A DNA stretch of 64,000 bases from Candidatus Velthaea sp. (GTDB lineage Bacteria > Vulcanimicrobiota > Vulcanimicrobiia > Vulcanimicrobiales > Vulcanimicrobiaceae). Below, one piece after another: positions 11,159 to 20,480 of this stretch; positions within the stretch are counted from its first letter, which is position 1, and the number at the start of each line of letters is the position of its first letter. The notes beneath the pieces were generated by a model. That model saw only the letters and a program-made list of their open reading frames with translations. It did no database searches and was not told where the DNA came from. The stretch spans positions 128,001 through 192,000 of the forward strand of contig CBDCCS010000022.1 in NCBI GenBank assembly GCA_965214935.1, read 5' to 3'. The translations under genes were made by a program, and so were the position numbers.

Positions 11159-12178
11159 TTACTGACCGCCGTAATTACCGCTTTTAATGTCCGAGCTGAT
11201 GATTTTCGGCAGATCCGCGAGAAATTTATCTTGATTGACGTAGAGCTGGTTATAGTATTTATCGACACTGGTTTTATCGATTTGCGGCATCACGAGCTGT
11301 TTGCCGCTTAGCGGCGTTTTATCGCGGACGTAGCTTACGACGAGCGTCAAACCTTCGCCCATCTCAAGTGCGCCGTTTTGCAGTTGCGTCGTGTTGATCG
11401 TGCCGTCTTTGACATAGCGCAGACCATCTTTAATTCCGTCGATCGCCGTTACCGGAATTTTGCCGGCAAGGCCTTTGGCTTTGAGCGCAGTGATGCCGCC
11501 GATCGCCATGTCGTCGTTCTCGGACACGAAGCCGTTGATTTGCGAACCGTAACGGGCGATCCAGTTCTCCATGAGCGTCAGCGCTTCGGAGCGTTTCCAA
11601 TTTGCCGTTTGCATCGAGAGTACGTGGATGCCCGGATACTTCTTGAGCGCCTGATTGATGCCGTTGGTGCGATCGATCTGGCCCGAGCCGCCGATCGGTC
11701 CTTCGGTGACGACGATGTTGCCCTTGCCGTGCAGGAGCTTCGCCATCGCTTCCATCTCATCGTAACCGGCGCGAACGTCATCGGGTCCGAAATATCCGGC
11801 AAGTGCATCGCTCTTGATCGATTGATTGACCGCGAAAGTCGGGATCCCGGCCGCTTTCGCCTTTTTGATTTCCGCATCGAGCGTCGATGAGTTCACCGGA
11901 TCGATGATGATGGCATCGACCTTCTTATCGATGAAGCTGTCGATCTGTGAGAGCTGCGTCGGGACGTCGTTATTGGAGCTCGTCCACAATACGTTGACGC
12001 CCATCGGACCCGAAAGCCGGTCGATGCCTTGTTTGCCCCACGAACACCACGACGACATGTCGTAAACGGTGACGCCGATGGTAACCGGCTTGGCGGCTCG
12101 CGCAGGCGGAACTGCGGCAACGACCGCTAGCGATAGACCCAGCGCGCACGCTGCCGTCAATTTTGTCATTCGATTCAT
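11159..12178 (-). CDS. sugar/polyol ABC transporter substrate-binding protein (RbsB-like)
   Basis: Signal peptide; KVDAIIIDP, ANWKRSEA, ENDDMAIG, AIDG motifs; start placed at ATG 12178. Confidence 0.92.
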   Translation of the reverse strand: MNRMTKLTAACALGLSLAVVAAVPPARAAKPVTIGVTVYDMSSWCSWGKQGIDRLSGPMGVNVLWTSSNNDVPTQLSQIDSFIDKKVDAIIIDPVNSSTLDAEIKKAKAAGIPTFAVNQSIKSDALAGYFGPDDVRAGYDEMEAMAKLLHGKGNIVVTEGPIGGSGQIDRTNGINQALKKYPGIHVLSMQTANWKRSEALTLMENWIARYGSQINGFVSENDDMAIGGITALKAKGLAGKIPVTAIDGIKDGLRYVKDGTINTTQLQNGALEMGEGLTLVVSYVRDKTPLSGKQLVMPQIDKTSVDKYYNQLYVNQDKFLADLPKIISSDIKSGNYGGQ

Positions 12179-12234
12179 GATCACTCTTTCTTTGTATAGC
12201 ACAGCTTCAACAGAGTAGTCGGGCGACGGGCGGT

Positions 12235-13173
12235 TCAGCGTCGGCGATTAGCGAGCGCGTCGATCGCAACGGCACCGATAATAATCGTGCCTTGAATGAG
12301 CCCCTGATAGAACGGAGAGATATTGAGCAGATCGAGACTATTTACCATGATGCCGATGATGAGTACGCCGGCAACGGTGCCGAGCAGCGAACCGCGCCCG
12401 CCGCTCAAACTCGTCCCGCCGATGACGGCCGCAGCGATGGCGGTCAGCTCGTAACCTTCGCCGTTGGTCGAGATTCCGGCCGTTGCGCGTGCCGACAGCA
12501 CGACGCCGCCTAAGCCGGCCAGCAGACCTGAAAGCGAGTAAACCGCAAGTTTCACCGCGCGCGTATCGACACCCGACACCCGCGCTGCTTCCTCGTTTCC
12601 GCCGACAGCGTAAATATAGCGTCCAAAGCGCGTTCGCGCCAGTACGATACCGAAAATGATAAACGTTACGACGCTGATGATGATCGGATATGGGACACCG
12701 AAGAAGCTGCCTTGACCGAGCGCGAGAAATTCGTTCGAGAGGTCGGAGATCGGCTGGCCTTGGCTAAAAACGAACGCCAGACTGCGCGCGATCGACATCA
12801 TGCCGAGCGTAACGACGAACGGCGGGATCCGCACGAAAGCGACGAGTGCGCCGTTCACCGCGCCCATGAGCAGGCCGGCCGCGACACCGACGGTTAGAGC
12901 GATTGCAAAAGGACCGTCACCGGGGTTTTTGCCGAGCAGCGCGGCCACAATCCCGGTCAACCCGACGATACTGCCGACGGAGAGATCGATACCGCCGGTG
13001 AGAATCGTAAGTGTCGCACCGATCGCGAGCAATGAATTGATCGACGTCTGCAGCAAAATATTCTGCACGTTCCCGACGCTGCGGAAACTCGGCACGAACA
13101 GTTCGAGCAATACGACCAGCACGATGAGCACGATCGCGATTGCGTATTTGTTGACCAGCGCCGGAACGTTCAA
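12235..13173 (-). CDS. sugar ABC transporter permease (RbsC-like)
   Basis: GGIDLSVG, IPPFVVTLG, GGNEEAARVSG, YELTAIAAAVIGGTSLSGGRG motifs. Confidence 0.95.
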   Translation of the reverse strand: MNVPALVNKYAIAIVLIVLVVLLELFVPSFRSVGNVQNILLQTSINSLLAIGATLTILTGGIDLSVGSIVGLTGIVAALLGKNPGDGPFAIALTVGVAAGLLMGAVNGALVAFVRIPPFVVTLGMMSIARSLAFVFSQGQPISDLSNEFLALGQGSFFGVPYPIIISVVTFIIFGIVLARTRFGRYIYAVGGNEEAARVSGVDTRAVKLAVYSLSGLLAGLGGVVLSARATAGISTNGEGYELTAIAAAVIGGTSLSGGRGSLLGTVAGVLIIGIMVNSLDLLNISPFYQGLIQGTIIIGAVAIDALANRRR

Positions 13174-14702
13174 GCAGCGTCGCTTTTAGCGGCAACTTGC
13201 ATGATGCTTTCTTGCGAAAAGTCGGCGCGGCCGAAAGTTCCCGCGATTCGCCCTTTGCGCATCACGACGATGCGATCGCTCAGCGTCATGAGTTCGGGCA
13301 ACTCGCCGGACACGAAGAGCACAGCGGCGCCTTCGCGCGCCAGCCGACGCAGCAAATCGTAGATCTGCGCCTTCGCTCCGACGTCGACGCCGCGCGTCGG
13401 TTCGACCAGCAGGTACGCGACCGGCGCAGGCCGCGCGAGCAGCCACTTTCCGACAACGGCTTTCTGCTGATTGCCGCCGCTGAGCGTGCGGATCGGCTGC
13501 TGCAACGAGGACGCTTTGATCGATAGCTCGTCGACGATCGAACGCGCGGCTGCACGTTCGGCACGGCCGTCCACGAAGCCGCGCGGCGTAAAACGGCGCA
13601 GCGCTCGTAACGTAATATTCTCGCCGACGCCGAGTTCGGGAATGATACCGCTGCTCTTGCGATCTTCGCCGACGAACGCGACGCCGTGACGGATTGCGTC
13701 GCGCGGAGCGTGCACCGCGACCGTGGTGCCGCCGATGACGATCGTTCCACGCGCGGCGCGGCGTAGCCCGAAGATGGTTTCCAACAGTTCGCTGCGGCCG
13801 GATCCAAGCAATCCCGCTAAGCCCACGATCTCACCCGGCGCGACCCGCAAGCAAACGTCGTCGAATTCGCCGTCGCGGCCCAGACCGTCGATTGCCAGCG
13901 CCGGGGTTGCATCGAGGCGCGTGGCCGGTGCCTCGTCGCTACCAGCAAACATCCGGCTCAACTCGCGCCCGACCATCAAGCGAATTAAGCGCTCCTCATC
14001 GAGCTCTGCCGCCGGTTCCGTCGCAATGAGCGCGCCGTCGCGTAAAATGCTCACGTCGTCGGCCATGGCATAGAGTTCTTCCATCTTATGCGTCGTAAAT
14101 GCGAGCGCGACGCCGCGTTCGCGTAACCGCCGCACGAGTGCATATAAGCGTTCGATCTCGGCGGAATTCAGCGACGATGTCGGTTCATCCATGAGCACGA
14201 TCGAAGCGTTGCGAACGACGACGGCTTTGACGATCTCGAGTAATTGTAATTGCGCGGTACTCAACTCACGCGCCGGCGTGCGCGGATCGACCCGCAAATC
14301 TAATTCGGCGAGCGCCTTATTCGACTGTTCGATCATGGCTTTCGTATCGACGAACCCGCCGCGCCCGCGCTCGATGCCTAAGAACAAATTTTCGTAGACG
14401 GTCATGTCGCGCAGCGGCGTCAATTCTTGATGGATCATCGAAACGCCGGCGTGCAACGCGTCGCGCGGTCCGGCAAAGGTAACGGGCATCCCGTCCAGGG
14501 CGATCGTTCCGGCATCCGCGCGATATAATCCGGCGAGTATTTTGAGCAACGTCGATTTTCCGGCACCGTTTTCTCCGGCAAGCGCATGCACCTTACCGGC
14601 AGCCAACGAGAAATCGACGCCCGATAAAACGCGCGTTCCACTAAAGCTTTTGACGATTCCGCGCATTTGCACGCCGCGGAACGCTGCTGAGGTCACCTGC
14701 AT
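13170..14702 (-). CDS. sugar ABC transporter ATP-binding protein, tandem NBDs (RbsA-like)
   Basis: GENGAGKST, MDEPTSSL, LSGGNQQK, EPTRGVDVGAK motifs. Confidence 0.95.
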   Translation of the reverse strand: MQVTSAAFRGVQMRGIVKSFSGTRVLSGVDFSLAAGKVHALAGENGAGKSTLLKILAGLYRADAGTIALDGMPVTFAGPRDALHAGVSMIHQELTPLRDMTVYENLFLGIERGRGGFVDTKAMIEQSNKALAELDLRVDPRTPARELSTAQLQLLEIVKAVVVRNASIVLMDEPTSSLNSAEIERLYALVRRLRERGVALAFTTHKMEELYAMADDVSILRDGALIATEPAAELDEERLIRLMVGRELSRMFAGSDEAPATRLDATPALAIDGLGRDGEFDDVCLRVAPGEIVGLAGLLGSGRSELLETIFGLRRAARGTIVIGGTTVAVHAPRDAIRHGVAFVGEDRKSSGIIPELGVGENITLRALRRFTPRGFVDGRAERAAARSIVDELSIKASSLQQPIRTLSGGNQQKAVVGKWLLARPAPVAYLLVEPTRGVDVGAKAQIYDLLRRLAREGAAVLFVSGELPELMTLSDRIVVMRKGRIAGTFGRADFSQESIMQVAAKSDAA

Positions 14703-14895
14703 AACGGCACTTTCCGAACAGCCGGAATTTTCACTTCCCTTGTCTTAGCATTTACTGATACCCTTGGCGCCGTCAGCGCACCGCAGCGTACGTGCACTCT
14801 TGCGTGCACTCATACGTCGCGACGCGCCGTGATGCCGGCGGTACGCGAAGCGCATCGTCGCAGGAAGCGGTGTGCACGCGTCCGTAGACAATTTC

Positions 14896-15669
14896 ATGCA
14901 ACAGACGGAGCCCGCACCACGCGCACTATTGGCGGGACGCAGAGCGCTCGTGACGGGCGCGGGCGCCGGGATCGGCCGCCAAATCGCGCTGCTCTTCGCA
15001 CGTGAAGGCGCCGACATTGCCGCCTTTTCACTCGATGGCGATCTCGACGCATTAGGCCGCGACATTACGGCGCTTGGAACGCGTTATGTCTCGTACGCCG
15101 GTGATGTAACGGACACGTCGGACATCGCGGCAGCCGTCGCGTTGGCGAACGACCGGCTTGGCGGCATCGACATTCTGGTCAACAACGCCGGAATCGCGAT
15201 CATCGAACTCGCCCTGCAAACAACGCTCGACCATTGGAACAAAACGCTCGCCGTTAATCTTACCGGAGCGTTTTTGTGCGCTCAGGCCGTTGCTGCCGGA
15301 ATGATCGAGCGAAAGTTCGGCCGCATTATCAATATTTCGTCGCAGGCAAGTCTCATTGCATTACCGGGACACGTAGCGTATACGGCGAGTAAGGGCGCGA
15401 TCAACGCTATCACGCAGGTGCTGGCACTTGAATGGGGGCCGTTCGGTGTTACGACGAACGCCGTTGCCCCGACGGTCGTCAACACGGAACTTGGGAAAGC
15501 CGTTTGGAGCGATCCGGCCAAAGGCGATCCGATGCGCGCGATGATTCCGGTCGGCCGCTTCGCCGAACCGCTCGAGGTCGCGCAGGCGGTCCTTTACTTA
15601 GCTTCCGATGCCGCAGCGATGATCAACGGACTCGTGTTGCGCATCGACGGCGGCGCGACCATTCACTGA
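14896..15669 (+). CDS. SDR oxidoreductase (polyol dehydrogenase-like)
   Basis: TGAGAGIG, NNAG, YTASK, ALEWGPFGVTTNAVAPTVV motifs; divergent from the sugar ABC operon. Confidence 0.88.
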   Translation: MQQTEPAPRALLAGRRALVTGAGAGIGRQIALLFAREGADIAAFSLDGDLDALGRDITALGTRYVSYAGDVTDTSDIAAAVALANDRLGGIDILVNNAGIAIIELALQTTLDHWNKTLAVNLTGAFLCAQAVAAGMIERKFGRIINISSQASLIALPGHVAYTASKGAINAITQVLALEWGPFGVTTNAVAPTVVNTELGKAVWSDPAKGDPMRAMIPVGRFAEPLEVAQAVLYLASDAAAMINGLVLRIDGGATIH

Positions 15670-15825
15670 CGGCTAACCGACGGCTTGCGGACCGCCGTCG
15701 GTCGATTCCATCCCGCGCAACGGCACGGCCGTCGGGCACAATTGCAATCGTATCAAACGTCGTGAGAGACAAGCTTACTTCGGCTATTGAGGGCACGACG
15801 GCAACGAGCACGGCGGCGCTTGCGA

Positions 15826-16065
15826 TTACTCGACGGCAGCCGGATCGTCCGCAGCATCCTCGATGTCGGCGATCTGCGCCGCACCGTGGATGACTTCTTG
15901 CACCGGCTGCCCGCCGCCCTGAATCGGGTCCGAGACGACCGCGTAATGCACGTGGCCGTGACCGTGACTATCGTCGGCATGCAACGTGCCGGCCAAGACG
16001 CGTGTATCGGCCAGCGTAATGCGGACCGGTTTACCGACGTATGGTTGAACTTCTTGATCGGTCAT
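15826..16065 (-). CDS. small hypothetical protein, possible Sm/LSm-like fold with His-rich loop
   Basis: YVGKPVRITLADTRVLAGTL followed by HADDSHGHGHVH; AGAAGGAG SD upstream. Confidence 0.6.
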   Translation of the reverse strand: MTDQEVQPYVGKPVRITLADTRVLAGTLHADDSHGHGHVHYAVVSDPIQGGGQPVQEVIHGAAQIADIEDAADDPAAVE

Positions 16066-16112
16066 AACGCGATGTGTTCTCCTTCTATATAATGAGGCTT
16101 GGAGCGTAGGTG

Positions 16113-16916
16113 CTAAGCGGCGATGAGTTCGAGGAACGGGCGCAGGTCGCCCTCGTCAACTTCCATTCCCACACCGCGCGCGTTCCAGCGCGCATCGTGG
16201 AAATCGGACCCGGCGGTCATGACGAGCGAGAGCCGCCGTGCCAGCGCACGATAATGTGCGACTTGACTTGAAGAGTGCGTCGAGTAAAACACCTCGAGAC
16301 CGGCAAGTCCGCAGTCGGCGAGATCGTCGACGATCGATTCGTCGTGTAAGCGGCCGGGATGGGCAAGTACCGGTACGCCGCCGCAGCGCCGGATAACGTC
16401 CACGGCTTCCATCGGCGTTATGTGCTGCGCAGGCACGTAACCGGCGCCGCCGGCGCTCAGCAAGGTACGAAATGCGGTCGCGACGTCGCGAATCAAACCG
16501 GCCGCAACGAGCGCCTTGGCAACGTGCGGCCGCCCGACCGCGTGGCCGTTGCCTACCTGCAGTTGCACGTCGGCTTGGCTAATCGCAAAGCCATGCGCGT
16601 TGAGCTGAGCGATGATGCGTTGCATCCGCTCGCGCCGCGCTTGACGATTTTGTTCGAGCGTCGCGGTTAGCGGCGAAGCGCCGAGCGGTAAGCCGTATCC
16701 CAGCACGTGCACTTCGTTGCCGCGCCAGGTCGTATTGATCTCGATTCCGGCAACGAGCTTCGCATCCTTAACGGCCAGACCGTCATACGCGCGCAGCGTA
16801 TCGTGGTCGGTAATCGAGAAGATCGTCACACCGCGTTTGCGCATCAGCTCGACTAACTCAAGCGGCTCGAGAATGCCGTCGCTGGCGTTCGTATGACTGT
16901 GGAAGTCGACGATCAC
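16113..16916 (-). CDS. PHP-domain phosphoesterase (TrpH/YciV-like)
   Basis: DFHSHT..SDG, TDHD, GIEI, GRPH, LAHP, GSDFH motifs. Confidence 0.92.
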   Translation of the reverse strand: MIVDFHSHTNASDGILEPLELVELMRKRGVTIFSITDHDTLRAYDGLAVKDAKLVAGIEINTTWRGNEVHVLGYGLPLGASPLTATLEQNRQARRERMQRIIAQLNAHGFAISQADVQLQVGNGHAVGRPHVAKALVAAGLIRDVATAFRTLLSAGGAGYVPAQHITPMEAVDVIRRCGGVPVLAHPGRLHDESIVDDLADCGLAGLEVFYSTHSSSQVAHYRALARRLSLVMTAGSDFHDARWNARGVGMEVDEGDLRPFLELIAA

Positions 16917-16958
16917 GCGACGCTGCCGCAGGCGGTCAAGCCGCAGACGGCCGTAGCG

Positions 16959-17759
16959 TCACGCCAAACCACGCAGCTGAATCCGCTTGATCTCGACCGC
17001 TTTTCCGGTCGCGGTGTCCAACGTCGCGACCGCAGCGCAAAACTGCCGCGCACCGGTTTTTTGGACGCTGAAGCGCTCGCTGATCGGGCCGGTAAATCGC
17101 TCGAGTACCGCCTTTTGCTCCATACCGATGACGCCGTCCGACGGCCCGGTCATGCCGACATCCGTGAGGTATGCCGTACCGCCGGGGAAGATCTGTTCGT
17201 CGGAGGTTTGCACGTGCGTGTGCGTGCCGTAGAGCAACGAAATCTCCCCGTCGAAGAAACGCGCCAGCGCCATCTTCTCCGAAGTTGCTTCGGCATGCAC
17301 GTCGACGACGATACAATTCGTTTGATAGCGCAAATCCGCGATGAGTTCTTTGCCGATGCGAAACGGATCGTCGACGGCCGGCATGAACACGCGTCCCATC
17401 AAGTTCACCACGCCGATTTTCACCCCATCGACGGTGAAGATGCCGCTGCCGCGTCCGGGCGAACCAGGCGGATAATTGGCCGGCCGAATAACGCGATCGG
17501 TTTCATCGAGATAGCCGCGAAATTCGCGTTTGTCCCAAATGTGATTGCCGCTCGTAATGAAGTCGACTCCGGCGGCGAACATGTCTTCGGCGGTCTGTTC
17601 GGTGAGTCCGAAGCCGCCGGCCGCGTTCTCGCCGTTGGCGATGACCGCGTCGACACGATGCTGTTCGCGGGCAAATGCGAGGTGCTTTTGCAGCGTCTCA
17701 CGGCCGGGCGAACCCATGACGTCGCCAATCACGAGTACCGATACGGTCGTTTTTACGAT
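16959..17759 (-). CDS. ymdB: TIGR00282/YmdB-family metallophosphoesterase (start uncertain)
   Basis: IGDVMG, ANGENAAGG, TSGNH, RPANYP, DVHAEATSEK, GTHTHVQT, TDVGMTGP; the first beta-strand (VSVLV) lies upstream of the first canonical start (17732). Confidence 0.92.
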   Translation of the reverse strand: MVKTTVSVLVIGDVMGSPGRETLQKHLAFAREQHRVDAVIANGENAAGGFGLTEQTAEDMFAAGVDFITSGNHIWDKREFRGYLDETDRVIRPANYPPGSPGRGSGIFTVDGVKIGVVNLMGRVFMPAVDDPFRIGKELIADLRYQTNCIVVDVHAEATSEKMALARFFDGEISLLYGTHTHVQTSDEQIFPGGTAYLTDVGMTGPSDGVIGMEQKAVLERFTGPISERFSVQKTGARQFCAAVATLDTATGKAVEIKRIQLRGLA

Positions 17760-18304
17760 CTTGCCCGAGCCTTGGCGCCTTTGCCGGAATGCACGAAGTA
17801 GACCAAAACCCGCTTCTCTTCACGAAAGCCGACCAACCGTTTACGTCCAGCCGAATCGCGCAATGCATCGAGCGCGAACTCCACGAGCTCGTCGGGATCC
17901 ATCGCGTCGTCGTCAAGCGTGTCGTCCGGCGCCGATTTGACGAGCGACGAGCCGAAACGATCCGCAAACAAGGCGATCTGCAACTCTAGTTCTTCGCGCG
18001 AAAACGTCGCAAAGTCGCGACTGACATGCAAAAAGGTTACGTTTGCGTCGCGCTCGCTCGTTACGCTGATCTTGGCCGGACTCTCGCCGCGCAGTTCCAG
18101 GATCGCCCGCACGTGCTCGCCGAGATAATCGCTAAAAGCACGGATTGCATCGCGGTCCAAGCGCCGTCCGACCGCATACGAAAGGGTTACCGACTCGTCT
18201 GCCGGGGACGAACGAATGCTATGAATTTCGGGAAACCGGACGAGCAAAGCGACCACGCGGTTCACCGTGTCATTGGATTCGAAGGCCGAGCGTGAGGTGT
18301 GCAC
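17753..18304 (-). CDS. conserved hypothetical protein upstream of ymdB
   Basis: GTG start; ALLVRFPEI...acidic stretch...LVGFREEKRVLVYF; stop overlaps the ymdB start region. Confidence 0.7.
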   Translation of the reverse strand: MHTSRSAFESNDTVNRVVALLVRFPEIHSIRSSPADESVTLSYAVGRRLDRDAIRAFSDYLGEHVRAILELRGESPAKISVTSERDANVTFLHVSRDFATFSREELELQIALFADRFGSSLVKSAPDDTLDDDAMDPDELVEFALDALRDSAGRKRLVGFREEKRVLVYFVHSGKGAKARARS

Positions 18305-18501
18305 TGGAGATTCTCTCTTTTGGGCGGGCGGCGGGGCCGAACACTTCGGACCCGCCCGTCGGCGCCCCCTTCGCGGCCCAGCCAAGTTGCCGAAAGCCGA
18401 TCACGCGCTTCCCCGCCTGCGCAAGGCAGGAGAATTCTTAGCGAATGGAATGCGTCTCAGCCCAGGCACCAACTCGTTCGGTCAAGAAGGAATGTCCGGT
18501 C

Positions 18502-19029
18502 ATGAAAGAACGTTCGCGCGGGGCGACGCCTTCCGCGGTCACGGTTCGGCAGTACGGGCAGACGATAATCCTCGAGCCCGCTTTGCGTAAAGGCGGCGTT
18601 TCCGTCTCGGTTCGCCCGTCGTTTTGGTCCGACATCATCGCGGCGGTCGATGCGTTGCGCCGTCGTACTGCCGTTCGCTCCCGCGGTGAAGCGGCACTCG
18701 CGATGGTGCGCGCCGGGATCGATCTTGAAGATGCCGTCGAACCCGCTATCGGTTCGTCGCGGCTCGTGCAGCGTCAACTCGATTTAGCTCGCGGTTTGAC
18801 GCTCGATCCGGCCGGCATCGTGTTGCGCGGATTTTTCGATCAGCTCAACACCAACGCCGCGGCGCACTTCATGCGCGTGCTGCGCGAAGTCGCCGGCCGT
18901 GGCGTTGCCTGTTATATCGTGGCCGGCAGCGCGCGCGAAGCGGAGCTTGCAGCGACGGCCGTTCGGCTCGTTTTCGGAGCAACGGCGTTGCTTGGCCGGG
19001 CGCCCCGTCTCCGGCTGGGCTTTGCTTAA
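18502..19029 (+). CDS. hypothetical protein resembling a degenerate ABC-ATPase C-terminal half
   Basis: AAGAAGGA SD; SSRLVQRQLDLARGLTLDPAGIVLRGFFDQLN...LREVAGRGVACYIVAGS follows NBD signature/Walker B/H-loop spacing without the catalytic residues. Confidence 0.55.
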   Translation: MKERSRGATPSAVTVRQYGQTIILEPALRKGGVSVSVRPSFWSDIIAAVDALRRRTAVRSRGEAALAMVRAGIDLEDAVEPAIGSSRLVQRQLDLARGLTLDPAGIVLRGFFDQLNTNAAAHFMRVLREVAGRGVACYIVAGSAREAELAATAVRLVFGATALLGRAPRLRLGFA

Positions 19030-19079
19030 GCGAGCGGATCGAGCCCGCGGTTCATTGCGGATTCATCCGGCCCGGATCG

Positions 19080-20366
19080 CTAGCCGGTTTGACCGGTTAC
19101 CGTGAGAAAGCCGTACCAGACGCCCAGCACGACGCAGACCACCGAAATGCCGATGGCGATCACGTTCCCGGGCAGCGAATTCACACGCTTCCCAAGTATT
19201 TTTTTATCGTTGGATAGAACGAGCAGAAAACCTAAAACGAGGGGCAGCACGAGTGCGTTAAACGCCTCGACGTAGACCGTGATCTTGACCAGCGGCAACC
19301 CCGGAAGCAGCACGATGCCGGCGGCCAATACGACCATCCCGGCATAAAGTCCATAAAAGCGTTTGGCTTGATTGCACTTATAATTTAGCGAGCACGGCCA
19401 ATTGAAGGCTTCGCCGAACGCCCATGCGCTTGCGAGCGAAACGACGAGCGCACCGATCATCGCCGCACCGAGCAGGCCTGCACCGAATGCAACGCCGGCA
19501 ATCTTCGATCCGGTGAGCGGCACGAGTGCAAGCGCCGCGTGAGCGGCGTCTTCGACCCGCTGACCATGAACGAAGAGCGTTGCGGCGGCCGTGACCACGA
19601 TTGCAACCATGATGACTTGGGTCAACACCGCGCCGATCGCCGTATCGACCCGGGCGAACGGCAATGCCGCGACTTTCAAACCCTTATCGACCGTCGCGGA
19701 TTGCTGGTAGAAAATCATCCAGGGCATGATGACGGCGCCGATGTTACCGGCAACGAGCAGCAAGTAGTCGCGGTCGCCCAGCGGCTGCGAACCGAATAAA
19801 CCTTCGCGAACGATCGACGCGGCGGTCGGATGCGCGGCAAACGCCGCCGGAATAAACAGCAGCTCGAGCAAACACAGCGCCAGCGCCGCATATTCGGCGC
19901 GTTTGTATTTTCCGCTAAAAACGATGCCGACGAGCAGTGCTGCAGCAGTGAGAACCATCGGCACGACCGGCACGCCGAACACCAGAGCCGCGCCGGCAAT
20001 GCCGATGAATTCGGTGACGAGTGCGGCGAGGTTGGTAACGAGCATCGTGCCGAGCGAGATCCAAGCCCAGCCCAGCCCGTAACGCTCGCGGATAAGCTGG
20101 GCGTGGCCTTTACCCGAGACCGTGCCTAACCGAACGGTCATCTCCTGGACCACGAACAACGGCACGATCAGCAGCACTTGCAACAGCACGAGCTTCATGC
20201 CGAACTGTGCACCGGAAACCGAAGCTGTCGTTACGCTGCCCGCCTCGGTATCGGCGAAGGCAACGATCAGACCGGGGCCCGCGGCAGCGAGATACTTCCA
20301 AAAAACTCCGCGCCGTTTGGCCGGCGGCGTCGGTCTCAAAGTGGAATTAATATGAACGGCGGCCAT
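19080..20366 (-). CDS. Nramp-related divalent metal transporter
   Basis: GPGLIVAFADTEAG, QEMTVRLG, GAVIMPWMIFYQQS; about 11 TM segments. Confidence 0.88.
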   Translation of the reverse strand: MAAVHINSTLRPTPPAKRRGVFWKYLAAAGPGLIVAFADTEAGSVTTASVSGAQFGMKLVLLQVLLIVPLFVVQEMTVRLGTVSGKGHAQLIRERYGLGWAWISLGTMLVTNLAALVTEFIGIAGAALVFGVPVVPMVLTAAALLVGIVFSGKYKRAEYAALALCLLELLFIPAAFAAHPTAASIVREGLFGSQPLGDRDYLLLVAGNIGAVIMPWMIFYQQSATVDKGLKVAALPFARVDTAIGAVLTQVIMVAIVVTAAATLFVHGQRVEDAAHAALALVPLTGSKIAGVAFGAGLLGAAMIGALVVSLASAWAFGEAFNWPCSLNYKCNQAKRFYGLYAGMVVLAAGIVLLPGLPLVKITVYVEAFNALVLPLVLGFLLVLSNDKKILGKRVNSLPGNVIAIGISVVCVVLGVWYGFLTVTGQTG

Positions 20367-20480
20367 GCAGCTCCCTGGGTTTCGGTTGTCCTCGCGAGTA
20401 TAGTAGGTTCACCTAACTCAACCCTGCTACGTTTGACGCGCCAGGCCGACCGTGCGTTCGTCCCGAAGTTCTCGATCCCG

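Noticed and set aside
13170..13850. Degenerate second NBD in the sugar ABC ATPase (GSGRSE; LLVEPT)
   Set aside because: The C-terminal NBD of CUT2-family ATPases normally lacks the Walker A lysine; an extra D-to-V change there is unremarkable
20367..20480. M-box or yybP-ykoY metal riboswitch upstream of the Nramp gene
   Set aside because: The intergenic space is short, shared with the divergent sigma gene, and lacks the consensus motifs
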